The translations under genes were made by a program, and so were the position numbers. Below the pieces are notes generated by a model. That model did not search any database, was not told the origin of the DNA, and was given only the letters and a program-made list of their open reading frames with translations. Shown here one piece after another: positions 20,402-31,714 of a stretch of DNA of 64,000 nucleotides. How positions within the stretch are numbered: the stretch's first letter is position 1; each line of letters opens with the position of its first letter. The stretch comes from Hyphomicrobiales bacterium (GTDB lineage: Bacteria; Pseudomonadota; Alphaproteobacteria; Rhizobiales; Methylopilaceae): positions 25,975 through 89,974 of the forward strand of contig DASZVN010000057.1 of NCBI GenBank assembly GCA_035547055.1, given 5' to 3'.

Positions 20402-21222
20402 TGCGGATCCTGTTCGTCGGCGACGTGGTCGGCCGCGCCGGGCGCCAGGCGGTGATCGAGCGGCTGCCCGGGCTGAGGGCGCGCTGGCGGCTCGACCTCG
20501 TCGTCGTCAACGGCGAGAACGCCGCCGGCGGCTTCGGCATCACCGAGAAGATCCACGACGAGCTTCGCGCGGCCGGCGCCGACGCGGTGACGCTCGGCAA
20601 CCATTCCTTCGACCAGCGCGAGGCGCTGGTGTTCATCGAGCGCGCCCCGCATCTGCTGCGCCCCGCGAACTATCCCGGCGGCACGCCGGGCCGGGGCGCC
20701 ACGATCGTCGAGACCGCGACGGGGGCACGCGCGCTGGTGATGAACCTGATGGGTCGCCTGTTCATGGACGCGCTCGACGATCCCTTCGCCAGGGTCGAGC
20801 GCGAGCTCGCGGCCTGTCCGCTCGGCGAGGGCTGCGACGCGGTCCTGATCGATTTCCATGCCGAGGCGACCAGCGAGAAGATGGCGTTCGCCCATCTCGT
20901 CGACGGCCGCGCCAGCCTGGTCGTCGGCACCCATACCCACGTGCCGACCGCCGACCACCAGGTGCTTCCGGGCGGCACCGCCTATCTCACCGACGCCGGC
21001 ATGTGCGGCGACTACAACTCGGTGATCGGCATGGAGAAGGACGAGCCGCTGCGGCGCTTCACCCGCAAGCTCGCCTCGGGCCGCTTCGAGCCCGCCGAGG
21101 GCGAGGCGACGCTGTGCGCCGTCGCGGTCGAGACCGACGACGGCACCGGCCTCGCCCGCTGGGTCGCCCCGGTCCGCCTCGGCGGCCGCCTGGAGCAGGC
21201 GGTGCCGGCCGCGTGGGAGTAA
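20401..21222 (+). CDS. TIGR00282/YmdB-family metallophosphoesterase (2',3'-cyclic-nucleotide 2'-phosphodiesterase-like)
   Basis: MRILFVGDVVGRAGR, VNGENAAGGFGIT, DFHAEATSEK, GTHTHVPTAD. Confidence 0.85.
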   Translation: MRILFVGDVVGRAGRQAVIERLPGLRARWRLDLVVVNGENAAGGFGITEKIHDELRAAGADAVTLGNHSFDQREALVFIERAPHLLRPANYPGGTPGRGATIVETATGARALVMNLMGRLFMDALDDPFARVERELAACPLGEGCDAVLIDFHAEATSEKMAFAHLVDGRASLVVGTHTHVPTADHQVLPGGTAYLTDAGMCGDYNSVIGMEKDEPLRRFTRKLASGRFEPAEGEATLCAVAVETDDGTGLARWVAPVRLGGRLEQAVPAAWE

Positions 21223-21319
21223 CGGTCCGCGCGATCGGAAAAATTGCGCGGCCTTCGGCCCCGAACTAACCTTCCGCTTCGGCCGGGAGTGGCGGCTGGA
21301 GGACGGGGAGGGCGAGCCT

Positions 21320-22939
21320 ATGAGGACGTTCGGATCGGGACTGCCGGCCTTCGGGCTCGGCGCGATGGCGGCGTTGGCCGCGCTTCCGGCCTATGCCCAG
21401 GCGCCCGCGGTCGGCGCCGAGGCCGTCAGGCCCGCCATGGGCTGTGGCGCCCTGCTCGGGACCACGATGCCGGGCTCGACGATGGTCGTGACCGCGGCGA
21501 AGGCGGTGCCTGCCGCCCCGCCCGGCACGGTGCCGATCCGGGTGGGCCGGCCGCAGACGGTCGCGGTGGCTCTGCCGTCCTATTGCCGCGCCACCGGCGT
21601 CATCGACCAGCGCATCGGCGCCGGCGGAAAGCCTTATGCGATCGGCTTCGAGATCGCGCTGCCCGACCCGTGGAACGGCCGCTTCCTGTTTCAGGGCGGC
21701 GGCGGCCTGAACGGGACCATTCGCCCGCCGCTCGGCCCGCAGGCGGTTGGGGAGGTGCCGGCGCTGGCCCGCGGCTTCGCCGTGGTTTCGACCGACAGCG
21801 GCCATCAGGGCGCGGAGTTCGACCCATCCTTCATGAAGGACCAGGAGGCTGCGCTCGACTTCGCCAACTCGTCGGTCGGCAAGGTTACCGTCGCCGCCAA
21901 GGCGATCGTCGCGCGCTATTACGGCCGCCCCGCGGCGCACTCCTATTTCGTGGGCTGCTCGACCGGCGGACGCGAGGGCATGCTCGCCGCCGAACGCTAT
22001 CCCGAAGCCTTCGATGGGATCGTCGCCGGCGACCCCGCGATGCGGACCGGCCGCTCCAATCTCGGCCTCGCCTGGGCGAACTACGTCTTCACCCAGATCG
22101 CGCCCAAGGATGCCGCCGGCAAGCCGGAGCCGACCAGGGACTTCTCGCCCGCCGACAAGAAGCTGATCGTCGGCGCCATCCTCGACGCCTGCGACGCCAA
22201 GGACGGCCTCAAGGACGGCATGATCTTCAACCAGCGGGCCTGCCATTTCGACCCCGCGGTCCTCGCCTGCAAGGGCGGCAACACCGACCGATGCCTGTCG
22301 CAGCCCCAGGTCGATGCCCTGAAGAAGGCCTTCGCCGGACCGAAGAACTCAGCCGGCCAGCAGCTCTACCCGCCGTTCCCGTGGGACAGCGGCATCGCCG
22401 CGGCCGGCGTCCCGATTCCGGGCATCCTCACCACCGCGGGTCGGAGTCCCGTCAACCCGCCGGTGATGGAGACGATCGACGTCGACCGCCTGCAGCAAAG
22501 GGCGGACGACAGCGGCTCGGGCCGGCTCACCGACACGGCCTGGTGGACCAATCTCGACAGCTTCTTCGGCCATGGCGGCAAGATCCTCTTCTACCACGGC
22601 TGGAGCGATCCCTGGTTCTCGGCGCTCGACACGCTCGGCTACTACCAGCAGATGGCGAAGGATTCCGGCGGGCTGGAGCAGGTGCGGGCCAAGTCCAGCC
22701 GCATCTTCATGGTGCCGGGGATGGGCCATTGCGAGACCGGGTCGGCAACGCTCGACCGCTTCGACCTGCTCACCGCGCTGGTCAACTGGGTCGAGCAGGG
22801 CAAGGCGCCGGAATCGGTGGTCGCGACCGGCGCCGCCTTTCCCGGCCGCAGCCGCCCGCTCTGCGCCTGGCCCGAGCACGCCCAGTACAAGGGCACGGGC
22901 GACACGGAGAAGGCCTCGAGCTTCGAGTGCCGCGAGTGA
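21320..22939 (+). CDS. tannase/feruloyl esterase family alpha/beta hydrolase, secreted
   Basis: Signal peptide ...LPAYAQA. Nucleophile motif GCSTGGREGM and several conserved Cys. 539 aa. Confidence 0.8.
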   Translation: MRTFGSGLPAFGLGAMAALAALPAYAQAPAVGAEAVRPAMGCGALLGTTMPGSTMVVTAAKAVPAAPPGTVPIRVGRPQTVAVALPSYCRATGVIDQRIGAGGKPYAIGFEIALPDPWNGRFLFQGGGGLNGTIRPPLGPQAVGEVPALARGFAVVSTDSGHQGAEFDPSFMKDQEAALDFANSSVGKVTVAAKAIVARYYGRPAAHSYFVGCSTGGREGMLAAERYPEAFDGIVAGDPAMRTGRSNLGLAWANYVFTQIAPKDAAGKPEPTRDFSPADKKLIVGAILDACDAKDGLKDGMIFNQRACHFDPAVLACKGGNTDRCLSQPQVDALKKAFAGPKNSAGQQLYPPFPWDSGIAAAGVPIPGILTTAGRSPVNPPVMETIDVDRLQQRADDSGSGRLTDTAWWTNLDSFFGHGGKILFYHGWSDPWFSALDTLGYYQQMAKDSGGLEQVRAKSSRIFMVPGMGHCETGSATLDRFDLLTALVNWVEQGKAPESVVATGAAFPGRSRPLCAWPEHAQYKGTGDTEKASSFECRE

Positions 22940-22954
22940 GGCAGGGCTGGCGCG

Positions 22955-23120
22955 GTGGACCCCTCCGGCTCGCTGCGCTCGCCACCTTCCCCGCTTCGCA
23001 GGGGAGGATCAAAGGGCGCACCGCCGGGGTGGATTCCCCCACGTGAGCGGGATCTGCGGCTCCTGTTCCTCTCCCGCGTGAGTGGGGGACCATGCGGAGC
23101 ATGGCGGAGGGGGCGACGGC
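22955..23120. repeat. intergenic mosaic repeat, copy B, filling a convergent gene junction
   Basis: Cores at 22961-22986 and 23084-23116 match copy A (15211-15236, 15306-15338) with few substitutions. The central segment differs in length. Confidence 0.8.
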
Positions 23121-23135
23121 GCCTATTGCAGAATG

Positions 23136-24166
<1,031 letters not shown>

Positions 24167-24167
<1 letters not shown>

Positions 24168-25231
24168 CACAGCGTCTCCGCATACCAGCAGCGGGCGACG
24201 TGCTCGGCGTTGATCACGACGGCGGGCGGGTCTTCGGCCTGGCAGCGCGCCTGCGCGGCGGGGCAGCGCGGCGCGAACGGGCACCCCGGCGGCAGGTTCG
24301 CGGCGTCGGGCGGGCTGCCCTCGATCGATTGCAGCTTGCCCCCGGTCGAGCCGGCGCGGGGCCGCGCGCCCAGGAGCGCCCGGGTATAGGGGTGGCGCGG
24401 GTTGTCGAAGATCTCCGCGACCGGCGCCCGCTCGACCACGCGGCCGGCATACATCACCAGCACCTTGTCGGCGAGGCGGGCGGCGACGCCGAAATCGTGG
24501 GTGATGATGACGAGCGCGAGGTTCTGCCGCTCCTGGAGCCCCTCCAGCAGCTCGAGAAACTGGGCCTGCACCGTCATGTCGAGCGCGGTGGTCGGCTCGT
24601 CGGCGATCAGCAGCTCGGGGTCGCAGGAGATCGCGATCGCGCCGACGATGCGCTGGAGCATGCCGCCCGACATCTCGTGCGGATATTGCCTGAGCCGCTC
24701 CTCCGGCGAGGGAATGCCGACGGCGCGGAGCAGCTCGACCATGCGCTCGCGCATCTCGGCCCGGGTGCGCACCACGCCGTGGATGCGTAGCGCCTCGGCG
24801 AGCTGATCGCCGACCGTGAACAGCGGGTCGAGCGAGACCATCGGGTCCTGCAGGATCATGCTGATGCGGCGGCCACGGATCGCCCGGATCTCGCCGTCCG
24901 ACTTGGCGAGGAGGCTGTCGCCGTCGAGGCGGATGTCGCCGGAGACGTAGCGGGCGCCGGGCGGCAGGAGGCGCATGATCGCGAGCGCGGTCATCGACTT
25001 GCCCGAACCGGACTCGCCGACGATGCCGACCACCTCGCCGCGGTTCAGCGTGAACGAGACGCCCTCGATCGGCTTGACGATCCGCTCGCCGCCCTGGGTG
25101 TGGATGTGGACCTTGAGGTCGGCGATGTCGAGCAGCGGCACGCCTGCTGCGGCCTCGCGCCGGCCGGGCCGCGGCGCGGCGGCGGGCCTCGCCTCCGGCC
25201 GCGTCGTGGTGGTCGAGGGCGGGGCGCTCAT
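24167..25231 (-). CDS. oligopeptide/dipeptide ABC transporter ATP-binding protein (DppD/OppD-like) with Pro/Thr/Ala-rich N-terminal extension
   Basis: GESGSGKSM, MSGGMLQR, LIADEPTTALD. Start ATG 25231 overlaps the permease stop. Confidence 0.9.
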
Positions 25232-26145
25232 TCGTAGCGCACCCGGGGATCGATCACGCCGAAGGAGAGGTCGACCACGATGTTGAGGCAGATCAGGAAC
25301 ACCGAGATGATGAACACTCCGGCCTGGATCAGGGGGTAGTCGCGGTTGGTCACGGCCTCGACGATCAGGCTGCCCATGCCCGGCCAGGCAAAGACCGTCT
25401 CGACGATGACGGTGCCGCCGATCAGGTTGACCAGGAGCAGCCCGGCGAAGGCGATCACCGAGACCATCGAGTTGCGGAAGGCGTGCTTGTAGACGATCGA
25501 GCGTTCCGAGGCCCCCTTCACGCGCAGGAACTTCACGAACTCGGAGTTGATGTTCTCGATCATCGCCGAGCGGGTGATGCGCATCAGCGCGGCGAAGAAG
25601 AACAGGGCCAGCGTGAACGCCGGCATGATCAGCGAATCGAAGCCCGAGCGGCCGCTGGTCGGCAGCCAGTGGAGCTGCACCGCGAACACCAGGATCGCCA
25701 TGATGCCGATCCAGAACGGCGGCGTCGCCTGGAAGATGATGGCGCCGGTGCGGATCACCCGGTCGAGCCAGGTGCCGCGCGCCCGTGCGGCGATGATCCC
25801 GAACAGCAGCCCGATCACCAGCGAGACGAAGAACGCGGCGAACGCCAGCTCCAGCGTCGCCGGCAGGCGCGACAGGATCAGCCCCATCGCCGGCTGGCGG
25901 TAGCGGATCGATTCGCCGAAATCGCCCTGGGCGACGCCTTCCACGAACTTTGCGTACTGCACGAAGATCGGCTGGTCGAGGCCGAGCTGGTGGCGGAGCT
26001 CGGCGACCTGCTGCTCGGTCGCGTCCTGCGGCAGGAGCAGGTAGGTCACGTCGCCCGAGAGGCGCGACGCCACGAAGATGATGACGGTGACGCCGATCAG
26101 GGTGACGATGCCGAGCACCAGCCGGCGCAGCGTGTAGCGCAGCAT
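25228..26145 (-). CDS. ABC transporter permease (DppB/OppB-like)
   Basis: MLRYTLRRL... N-terminus and an EAA-loop region, both typical of the binding-protein-dependent permease family. Confidence 0.85.
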   Translation of the reverse strand: MLRYTLRRLVLGIVTLIGVTVIIFVASRLSGDVTYLLLPQDATEQQVAELRHQLGLDQPIFVQYAKFVEGVAQGDFGESIRYRQPAMGLILSRLPATLELAFAAFFVSLVIGLLFGIIAARARGTWLDRVIRTGAIIFQATPPFWIGIMAILVFAVQLHWLPTSGRSGFDSLIMPAFTLALFFFAALMRITRSAMIENINSEFVKFLRVKGASERSIVYKHAFRNSMVSVIAFAGLLLVNLIGGTVIVETVFAWPGMGSLIVEAVTNRDYPLIQAGVFIISVFLICLNIVVDLSFGVIDPRVRYE

Positions 26146-26161
26146 GGCTAGGATGCCGCGC

Positions 26162-26269
26162 CTGGTAGGGTGGGCATCGGCGCAGACGATGCCCACCGCG
26201 CGGGCAAGCGAGGCTTGCCCGCGCTACCAGCAAGACGTCGTGGATGGCCGGGACGGGCCCGGCCATGAC
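26162..26269. repeat. cluster of nested perfect palindromes (REP family) between the two permease genes
   Basis: Outer ctggtag/ctaccag. Stems 26169-26179/26187-26197 and 26198-26209/26213-26224. The 31-bp element at 26239-26269 is the inverted copy of 1694-1724. Confidence 0.8.
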
Positions 26270-26301
26270 GGAGAGGGAAGCGCTCGCTGCTCGTGCCCAC
26301 G

Positions 26302-27189
26302 TCACATCTGCCTGAGCTTGGGGTCGAGCGCGTCGCGCAGCCAGTCGCCGAGGAGGTTGGCGCCGAGCACGGTGATGGTGATGGCGACGCCGGCGAAGGT
26401 GGGGATCCACCACGCCGTCGAGAGGTAGTTGCGGCCCTCCGAGATCAGGAGGCCCCAGGCGGTCGCCGGCGGCTGCACCCCGAGGCCGATGAAGGTGATC
26501 GCCGCCTCGATGATCACCGATACGCCGATCTGGAGCGTGAACAGCACCACGCAGGTCGGCAGCACGTTCGGGAAGATGTGGCGGAACAGGATGCGGAAGC
26601 CGCTGCAATCGGCGACGTGCGCGAGGGCGATGAAGCCCTTCTGCCGGATCACCAGGGTCTCGCTGCGGATGACGCGGGCATAGGTGGTCCAGAACACGAA
26701 GATGATGCTGATGATGATGGTGGAGACGCCGCCGCCGAGCGCGCCGCCGATCAGGATGGTGAGGAGCACCGGCGGGATCGATAGCTCGGTGTCGACGATT
26801 CGCATGATGATGTTGTCGATCTTGCCGCCGTAATAGCCCGAGATCAGGCCGGCCGGGATGCCGATGATGGCCGAGGCGAAGCTCGAGATCACCGCGATCT
26901 CGAGCGTGATGCGCGCGCCCTCGATCAGCCGGCTCAGGAGGTCGCGGCCGAACTGGTCGGTGCCGAGGAAGTTGGTCCACGTGCCCCCGGCCATCCACAC
27001 CGGCGGCTTCAGCGGATGGGCGAAGTCGATCCCGGTCGGGTCGTGTGGCCAGATCCAAGGGCCGAACAGCCCGCAGATCACGACCGGCGCCAGCAGGACG
27101 AGCGGGATGATCGGCCAGCGCTTCACGCGCGCCCAGTTGAACGCGCGGCGGCGCCGAATCGCGGGAATCGAAGTCAGTTCTGCGGTCAC
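26302..27189 (-). CDS. ABC transporter permease (DppC/OppC-like)
   Basis: N-terminal OppC-type segment and six TM helices. Confidence 0.85.
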   Translation of the reverse strand: MTAELTSIPAIRRRRAFNWARVKRWPIIPLVLLAPVVICGLFGPWIWPHDPTGIDFAHPLKPPVWMAGGTWTNFLGTDQFGRDLLSRLIEGARITLEIAVISSFASAIIGIPAGLISGYYGGKIDNIIMRIVDTELSIPPVLLTILIGGALGGGVSTIIISIIFVFWTTYARVIRSETLVIRQKGFIALAHVADCSGFRILFRHIFPNVLPTCVVLFTLQIGVSVIIEAAITFIGLGVQPPATAWGLLISEGRNYLSTAWWIPTFAGVAITITVLGANLLGDWLRDALDPKLRQM

Positions 27190-27532
27190 GCCGACTCGTC
27201 CGCTGGTCGGGGATGGCCCGCCGGCCGGAGCCGACAGCCGGTTCCATGTTGCGGCACTGGCGACGGCCCCTCGTCGCGCGCCCAGCCGATCCGCCCGAGG
27301 TGGTGAGGGCCACAGGGCTTCACGTTCGCGCTACCGTGGGCGGGATCGCCCGAAATGGCAAGCCCGCTCGACCGGCGACGGCGCGACGCAGCGCCCCGCT
27401 TGCGCCTTACCAATAATTCATGACCGAGTCAGGCTGCCGTAACGGGCACCGCGCCATTTACGAAGCGACAGCGCATCCGTCCCGCGCTTCGCCCAGGATT
27501 CCGATCGTTCTCCGACCAGGAGTGAAGACCCC

Positions 27533-29125
27533 ATGCCCCAGAACCAAGACCCGCAAGGCCGCGAGCGCGGCCTGTCGCGCCTCCGCCGCCACCGCAGCCT
27601 GCTGCTCGGCTCGGTGTTCGCGCTGGCGCTGGGCGGCGCCGTCGCCGGCGAGCTCACCGTCGCCGCGCCGACCCCGGCCGTCGCCCAGACCACGACCTCG
27701 CAGCCGATGCCGGCCCAGGCCAAGCTGATGAGCTTCGCCGACCTGGTCCAGAAGGTGAAGCCGGCCGTCGTCAGCGTCCGCGTCAAGACCTCGGAAGAGG
27801 ACAACACGCAGCTCTCGCAGATGATGCCGTTCTTCTTCCGCGACCTGCCGCCCGACCACCCGCTCCGGCGCTTCTTCGGCAACCAGATCCCCGGCCAGGG
27901 CAACAACAACAACAACAACGGCCAGCGGCCGCATCGCCATTTCGCGATGGCCCAGGGCTCCGGCTTCTTCATCTCGTCCGACGGCTACATCGTCACCAAC
28001 AACCACGTCGTCGAGCACGCCACCGACGTGCAGATCATCACCGACGACGGCAAGACCTTCCCCGCCAAGGTGGTCGGAACCGACCCGCGCACCGATCTGG
28101 CCCTGCTGAAGGTCGATGCAAGCCAGAAATTCCCCTATGTCGAGTTCTCCAACGAGGTGCCCCGCGTCGGCGACTGGGTGATCGCGATCGGCAATCCCTT
28201 CGGCCTCGGCGGCTCGGTCACCGCCGGCATCGTCTCGGCCCGCGGCCGCGACGTCGGCAGCGGCCCCTATGCCGATTTCCTCCAGATCGACGCGCCGGTA
28301 AACCACGGCAATTCCGGCGGCCCGACCTTCGACCTCAACGGCCATGTCGTCGGCATCAACACCGCGATCTACTCGCCGTCGGGCGGCAGCGTCGGCATCG
28401 CCTTCGACGTGCCTTCCGAGGTCGCGACCAGCGTGATCCAGCAGCTCAAGGAGCACGGCACCGTCACGCGCGGCTATCTCGGCGTGCAGATCCAGCCGGT
28501 GAGCAAGGACATCGCCGATTCGGTCGGCCTCAAGAAGGCCGAGGGCGCGATGGTGGTCGACGCGCAGCCCGGCACGCCGGCCGAGAAGGCCGGCATCAAG
28601 TCCGGCGACGTCATCATCGGCCTGAACGGCAAGTCGGTCGAGGATGCCCGCGACCTGTCGCGGCGGGTTGCCGCGCTGGCGCCGGGCGACGAGGCCCACT
28701 TCACCGTGTGGCGCAACAACGCCGAGCGCCAGTTCGACGTGAAGCTGACCAAGATGCCTTCGCAGGAGCAGCTCGCGAAGGCCGAAGGCAGCAACCAGGA
28801 CAACGGCGGCGCCACCGCCCCGTCGAGCGTGCTCACCGGGCTCGGCCTTGAGCTCCAGGCCGCCCATGACGTGCCCGGCGCCGGCAACGACGGCGTCGTC
28901 GTCACCGACGTCGACCAGGACAAGGCGGCCTCGCAGAAGCTCTCGACCGGCGACGTGATCCTGGAGGCCGGCGGCCGCAAGGTATCGAGCCCGCAGGATG
29001 TCGCCGGCGCGATCCAGAACGCGCGCTCGCAGGGTCACCCGTCGATCCTGATGCGGGTCCAGACCAACGGCCGGCCGCACTACGTCGCGCTGTCGGTCGA
29101 CAGCAAGGGCAGCAACAAGGGCTGA
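27533..29125 (+). CDS. degP: Do/DegP/HtrA family periplasmic serine endoprotease with two PDZ domains
   Basis: Catalytic TNNHVV, D...LLKV, GNSGGP. Two PDZ-like regions. Signal/TM segment. AGGAG upstream. Confidence 0.9.
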   Translation: MPQNQDPQGRERGLSRLRRHRSLLLGSVFALALGGAVAGELTVAAPTPAVAQTTTSQPMPAQAKLMSFADLVQKVKPAVVSVRVKTSEEDNTQLSQMMPFFFRDLPPDHPLRRFFGNQIPGQGNNNNNNGQRPHRHFAMAQGSGFFISSDGYIVTNNHVVEHATDVQIITDDGKTFPAKVVGTDPRTDLALLKVDASQKFPYVEFSNEVPRVGDWVIAIGNPFGLGGSVTAGIVSARGRDVGSGPYADFLQIDAPVNHGNSGGPTFDLNGHVVGINTAIYSPSGGSVGIAFDVPSEVATSVIQQLKEHGTVTRGYLGVQIQPVSKDIADSVGLKKAEGAMVVDAQPGTPAEKAGIKSGDVIIGLNGKSVEDARDLSRRVAALAPGDEAHFTVWRNNAERQFDVKLTKMPSQEQLAKAEGSNQDNGGATAPSSVLTGLGLELQAAHDVPGAGNDGVVVTDVDQDKAASQKLSTGDVILEAGGRKVSSPQDVAGAIQNARSQGHPSILMRVQTNGRPHYVALSVDSKGSNKG

Positions 29126-29141
29126 GTCCCGCCTGTCGCCC

Positions 29142-29173
29142 GGGCGCGGCGGCGCATCGCTGCCGCCGCGCCC
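29142..29173 (+). terminator. GC-rich hairpin downstream of degP (12-bp perfect stem, 8-nt loop); possible intrinsic terminator or attenuator
   Basis: GGGCGCGGCGGC-gcatcgct-GCCGCCGCGCCC, 17 nt after the degP stop. No clear T-tract follows. Confidence 0.35.
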
Positions 29174-29202
29174 TCGCTTCCCCGCCGCTTTCGAGCCCGG
29201 TC

Positions 29203-29883
29203 ATGCGCATCCTGATCGTCGAAGACGACCCCGAGGCCGCCACCTATCTCGTGAAGGCGCTGGGCGAGGCCGGCCATGTGGCCGACCACGCCGCCGACGG
29301 GGAGGACGGTCTCGCGATGGCCGAGCAGGTCGTCTACGACGTGATGGTGGTCGACCGCATGCTGCCTAAGCTCGACGGCCTCGCCATGGTCGGGCGCCTG
29401 CGCGCGGCCGGCAACAAGACGCCGGCCCTGATCCTGTCGGCGCTCGGCCAGGTCGACGACCGCGTCGCCGGGCTCCGCGCCGGCGGCGACGACTATCTCG
29501 CCAAGCCCTATGCCTTCACCGAGCTTCTGGCGCGGATCGAGGCGCTGGCGCGCCGCATCACCCCCGGCGTCGCCGAAACCGTCTATCGGGTCGGCGAGCT
29601 GGCGCTCGACCGGCTGTCCCACATCGTGGAGCGCGGCGGCCAGCGCATCCCCCTGCAGCCGCGCGAGTTCCGCCTGCTCGAATATCTGATGCGCCACGCC
29701 GGCCAGGTGGTGACGCGGACGATGCTTCTGGAGAATGTGTGGGACTATCATTTCGATCCGCAGACCAACGTGATCGACGTTCATGTCTCCCGCCTGCGCG
29801 CCAAGATCGACAAGGGCTTCGACCGGCCGTTGCTGCACACGGTCCGCGGCGCGGGATACATGATCCGTGACGGCGCTGCTTAA
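29203..29883 (+). CDS. OmpR/PhoB-family DNA-binding response regulator
   Basis: MRILIVEDD receiver domain with phospho-Asp context (VMVVDRMLPKLDG). Winged-helix C-terminus (VHVSRLRAKID...TVRGAGY). Confidence 0.9.
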   Translation: MRILIVEDDPEAATYLVKALGEAGHVADHAADGEDGLAMAEQVVYDVMVVDRMLPKLDGLAMVGRLRAAGNKTPALILSALGQVDDRVAGLRAGGDDYLAKPYAFTELLARIEALARRITPGVAETVYRVGELALDRLSHIVERGGQRIPLQPREFRLLEYLMRHAGQVVTRTMLLENVWDYHFDPQTNVIDVHVSRLRAKIDKGFDRPLLHTVRGAGYMIRDGAA

Positions 29884-31312
29884 GCTCTTCCGCACCACCG
29901 CCTTCAAGCTGGCGGTGAGCCTGCTGGCCGTTTTCACCCTCACCGCCGTGCTGTCGCTGGGCTACGTCGTCTGGCAGGCCGAGCACCTGATCGCGCAGCA
30001 GACCGTCCAGGCGGTGGACAACGAGGTCGCGGCGCTCTCGGCGATCTATCGCGAGGAGGGCGTCTCCGGCCTCGCCAGCGAGATCGAGGCGCGGGCACGC
30101 CAGCCGGGCTCGCTGCTTTACCTTCTGACTGCGCCGAACGGCGAGCCGATCGCGGGCAATGTCGGCGCGCTGCCGGCCGGGGCGCTCGACCGCGGCGGCA
30201 GCGACGAGGTGCCGTATGCCCGGCTCGGCGGCGGCGAGCGGGCCCAGGCCCGTGCCCGGGTCCGCGTGGTGGTGCTGGGTGGCGGCTTCCGCATGCTGGT
30301 CGGGCGCGACCTCGGCGAGCGCAACCGCCTCGTCCAGGTGCTCGTGCGGGCGATCCTCGGCGGCCTCGCGCTGGTCGTACTGCTCGGCCTCGCCGGGGCG
30401 CTGCTGGTGGCGTGGCGGGTGCTCCGCCGCCTCGACGGCATGACCGCTTCGAGCCGCGCGATCATGGCCGGGGACCTCGCCGGGCGGCTGCCGGTGACCG
30501 GCTCGGGCGACGAGTTCGACCGGCTCGCCACCGCGACCAATGCGATGCTCGACCGCATCGTCACCCTGATGACCGAGCTGCGCCAGGTCACCGACAACGT
30601 CGCCCACGACCTCAAGACCCCGCTGACCCGGCTCCGCAACGTCGCCGAGGAGGCGCTGCGCTCGGGCGGCGCCGACGCCGACCGCCGTGCCGCGCTGGAG
30701 CGGGTGATCGAGGAAGCCGACGCGCTGATCGGCACCTTCAACGCGATGCTCCTGATGGCGCGGGCCGAGACCGGGGCGGTGCGCCAGACCATGGCGCCGC
30801 TCGACCCGGCCGAGGTCGCCGAAGGCGTGGCCGAGCTCTACGAGCCGGTCGCGGAGGAGGCCGGCGTTCCGCTGACGGTCGAGGCCGCCGCGGGGCTCGT
30901 CGTGCAGGGCAACCGCGAGCTCCTCGGGCAGGCGGTCGCCAACCTCGTCGACAACGCGCTGAAGCACGGCGCGGGAGAGGTCACGATCGGGCTCGCCCGC
31001 GACGGCAGCATGGCGCGGCTGTGGGTCGGCGACCGCGGGCCGGGCATTCCCGCCGAGGATCGCGCGCACGCGATCGAGCGCTTCGTCCGCCTGGAGCGGA
31101 GCCGCTCGACCCCGGGCTCCGGCCTCGGGCTCAGCCTCGCCCAGGCCGTGGCGAGGCTCCACGGCGGCACGCTGACGCTGGAGGACAATGCTCCCGGCCT
31201 CCGCGCCGTGATCGCCCTGCCGCTCGCTACCGAGCCGGGCATCGTGACGATGCGCGAACGCAAAGAGGCGCCGGCGTTGCTGCCGGCGCCCGCGGGCACG
31301 GACGGGAAGTAG
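29867..31312 (+). CDS. sensor histidine kinase (two TM helices, HAMP, HisKA, HATPase_c)
   Basis: H-box VAHDLKTPLT, N-box NLVDNALKH, G-boxes DRGPGI and GSGLGL. GTG start overlaps the regulator gene end. Confidence 0.9.
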   Translation: MTALLKLFRTTAFKLAVSLLAVFTLTAVLSLGYVVWQAEHLIAQQTVQAVDNEVAALSAIYREEGVSGLASEIEARARQPGSLLYLLTAPNGEPIAGNVGALPAGALDRGGSDEVPYARLGGGERAQARARVRVVVLGGGFRMLVGRDLGERNRLVQVLVRAILGGLALVVLLGLAGALLVAWRVLRRLDGMTASSRAIMAGDLAGRLPVTGSGDEFDRLATATNAMLDRIVTLMTELRQVTDNVAHDLKTPLTRLRNVAEEALRSGGADADRRAALERVIEEADALIGTFNAMLLMARAETGAVRQTMAPLDPAEVAEGVAELYEPVAEEAGVPLTVEAAAGLVVQGNRELLGQAVANLVDNALKHGAGEVTIGLARDGSMARLWVGDRGPGIPAEDRAHAIERFVRLERSRSTPGSGLGLSLAQAVARLHGGTLTLEDNAPGLRAVIALPLATEPGIVTMRERKEAPALLPAPAGTDGK

Positions 31313-31320
31313 GGCCGGGC

Positions 31321-31488
31321 CTACTTGATCTTGGCTTCGCGGAAGACGACGTGCTTCTTCGCGACCGGATCGTACTTCTTCAGCTCGATCTTGTCGGTCT
31401 TGGTGCGCGAGTTCTTCTTCGTCACGTAATAGAAGCCGGTGTCGGCGCTCGAGACGAGCTTGATCTTGATGGTGGCGGCCTTGGCCAT
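31321..31488 (-). CDS. rpmG: 50S ribosomal protein L33 (55 aa; below the ORF-track length cut-off)
   Basis: My translation: [55 protein letters not shown]. Collinear with E. coli L33. Confidence 0.9.
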   Translation of the reverse strand: MAKAATIKIKLVSSADTGFYYVTKKNSRTKTDKIELKKYDPVAKKHVVFREAKIK

Positions 31489-31714
31489 GGCAATGCTCCA
31501 CGCACGGCCGCAGGAGCGCCGCGCAAAATCGAGGCCGGCAACCTACCGATCGAAGTGGGGAAGTCAAGGCGGCGTCATGTCTTGACGCTTGCCGGTGGCA
31601 TCCCGGACGCGGCGGAGCCGCGATCCGGGATCCGGTCATCGACGTCGTCCTTCCCGGAGCCCGGCTTTCTGCCTTGCTCTGCCCGGGACGAGGGTCTTCA
31701 CCAAGCCGATTTTC

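Noticed and set aside
27190-27532. ECF/sigmaE-type promoter or sRNA in the 343-bp region upstream of degP
   Set aside because: I found no convincing GGAAC-N16-17-CGTT or GAACTT-N16-TCTAA match on the plus strand. There is only a weak GTAAC...CGAA resemblance.
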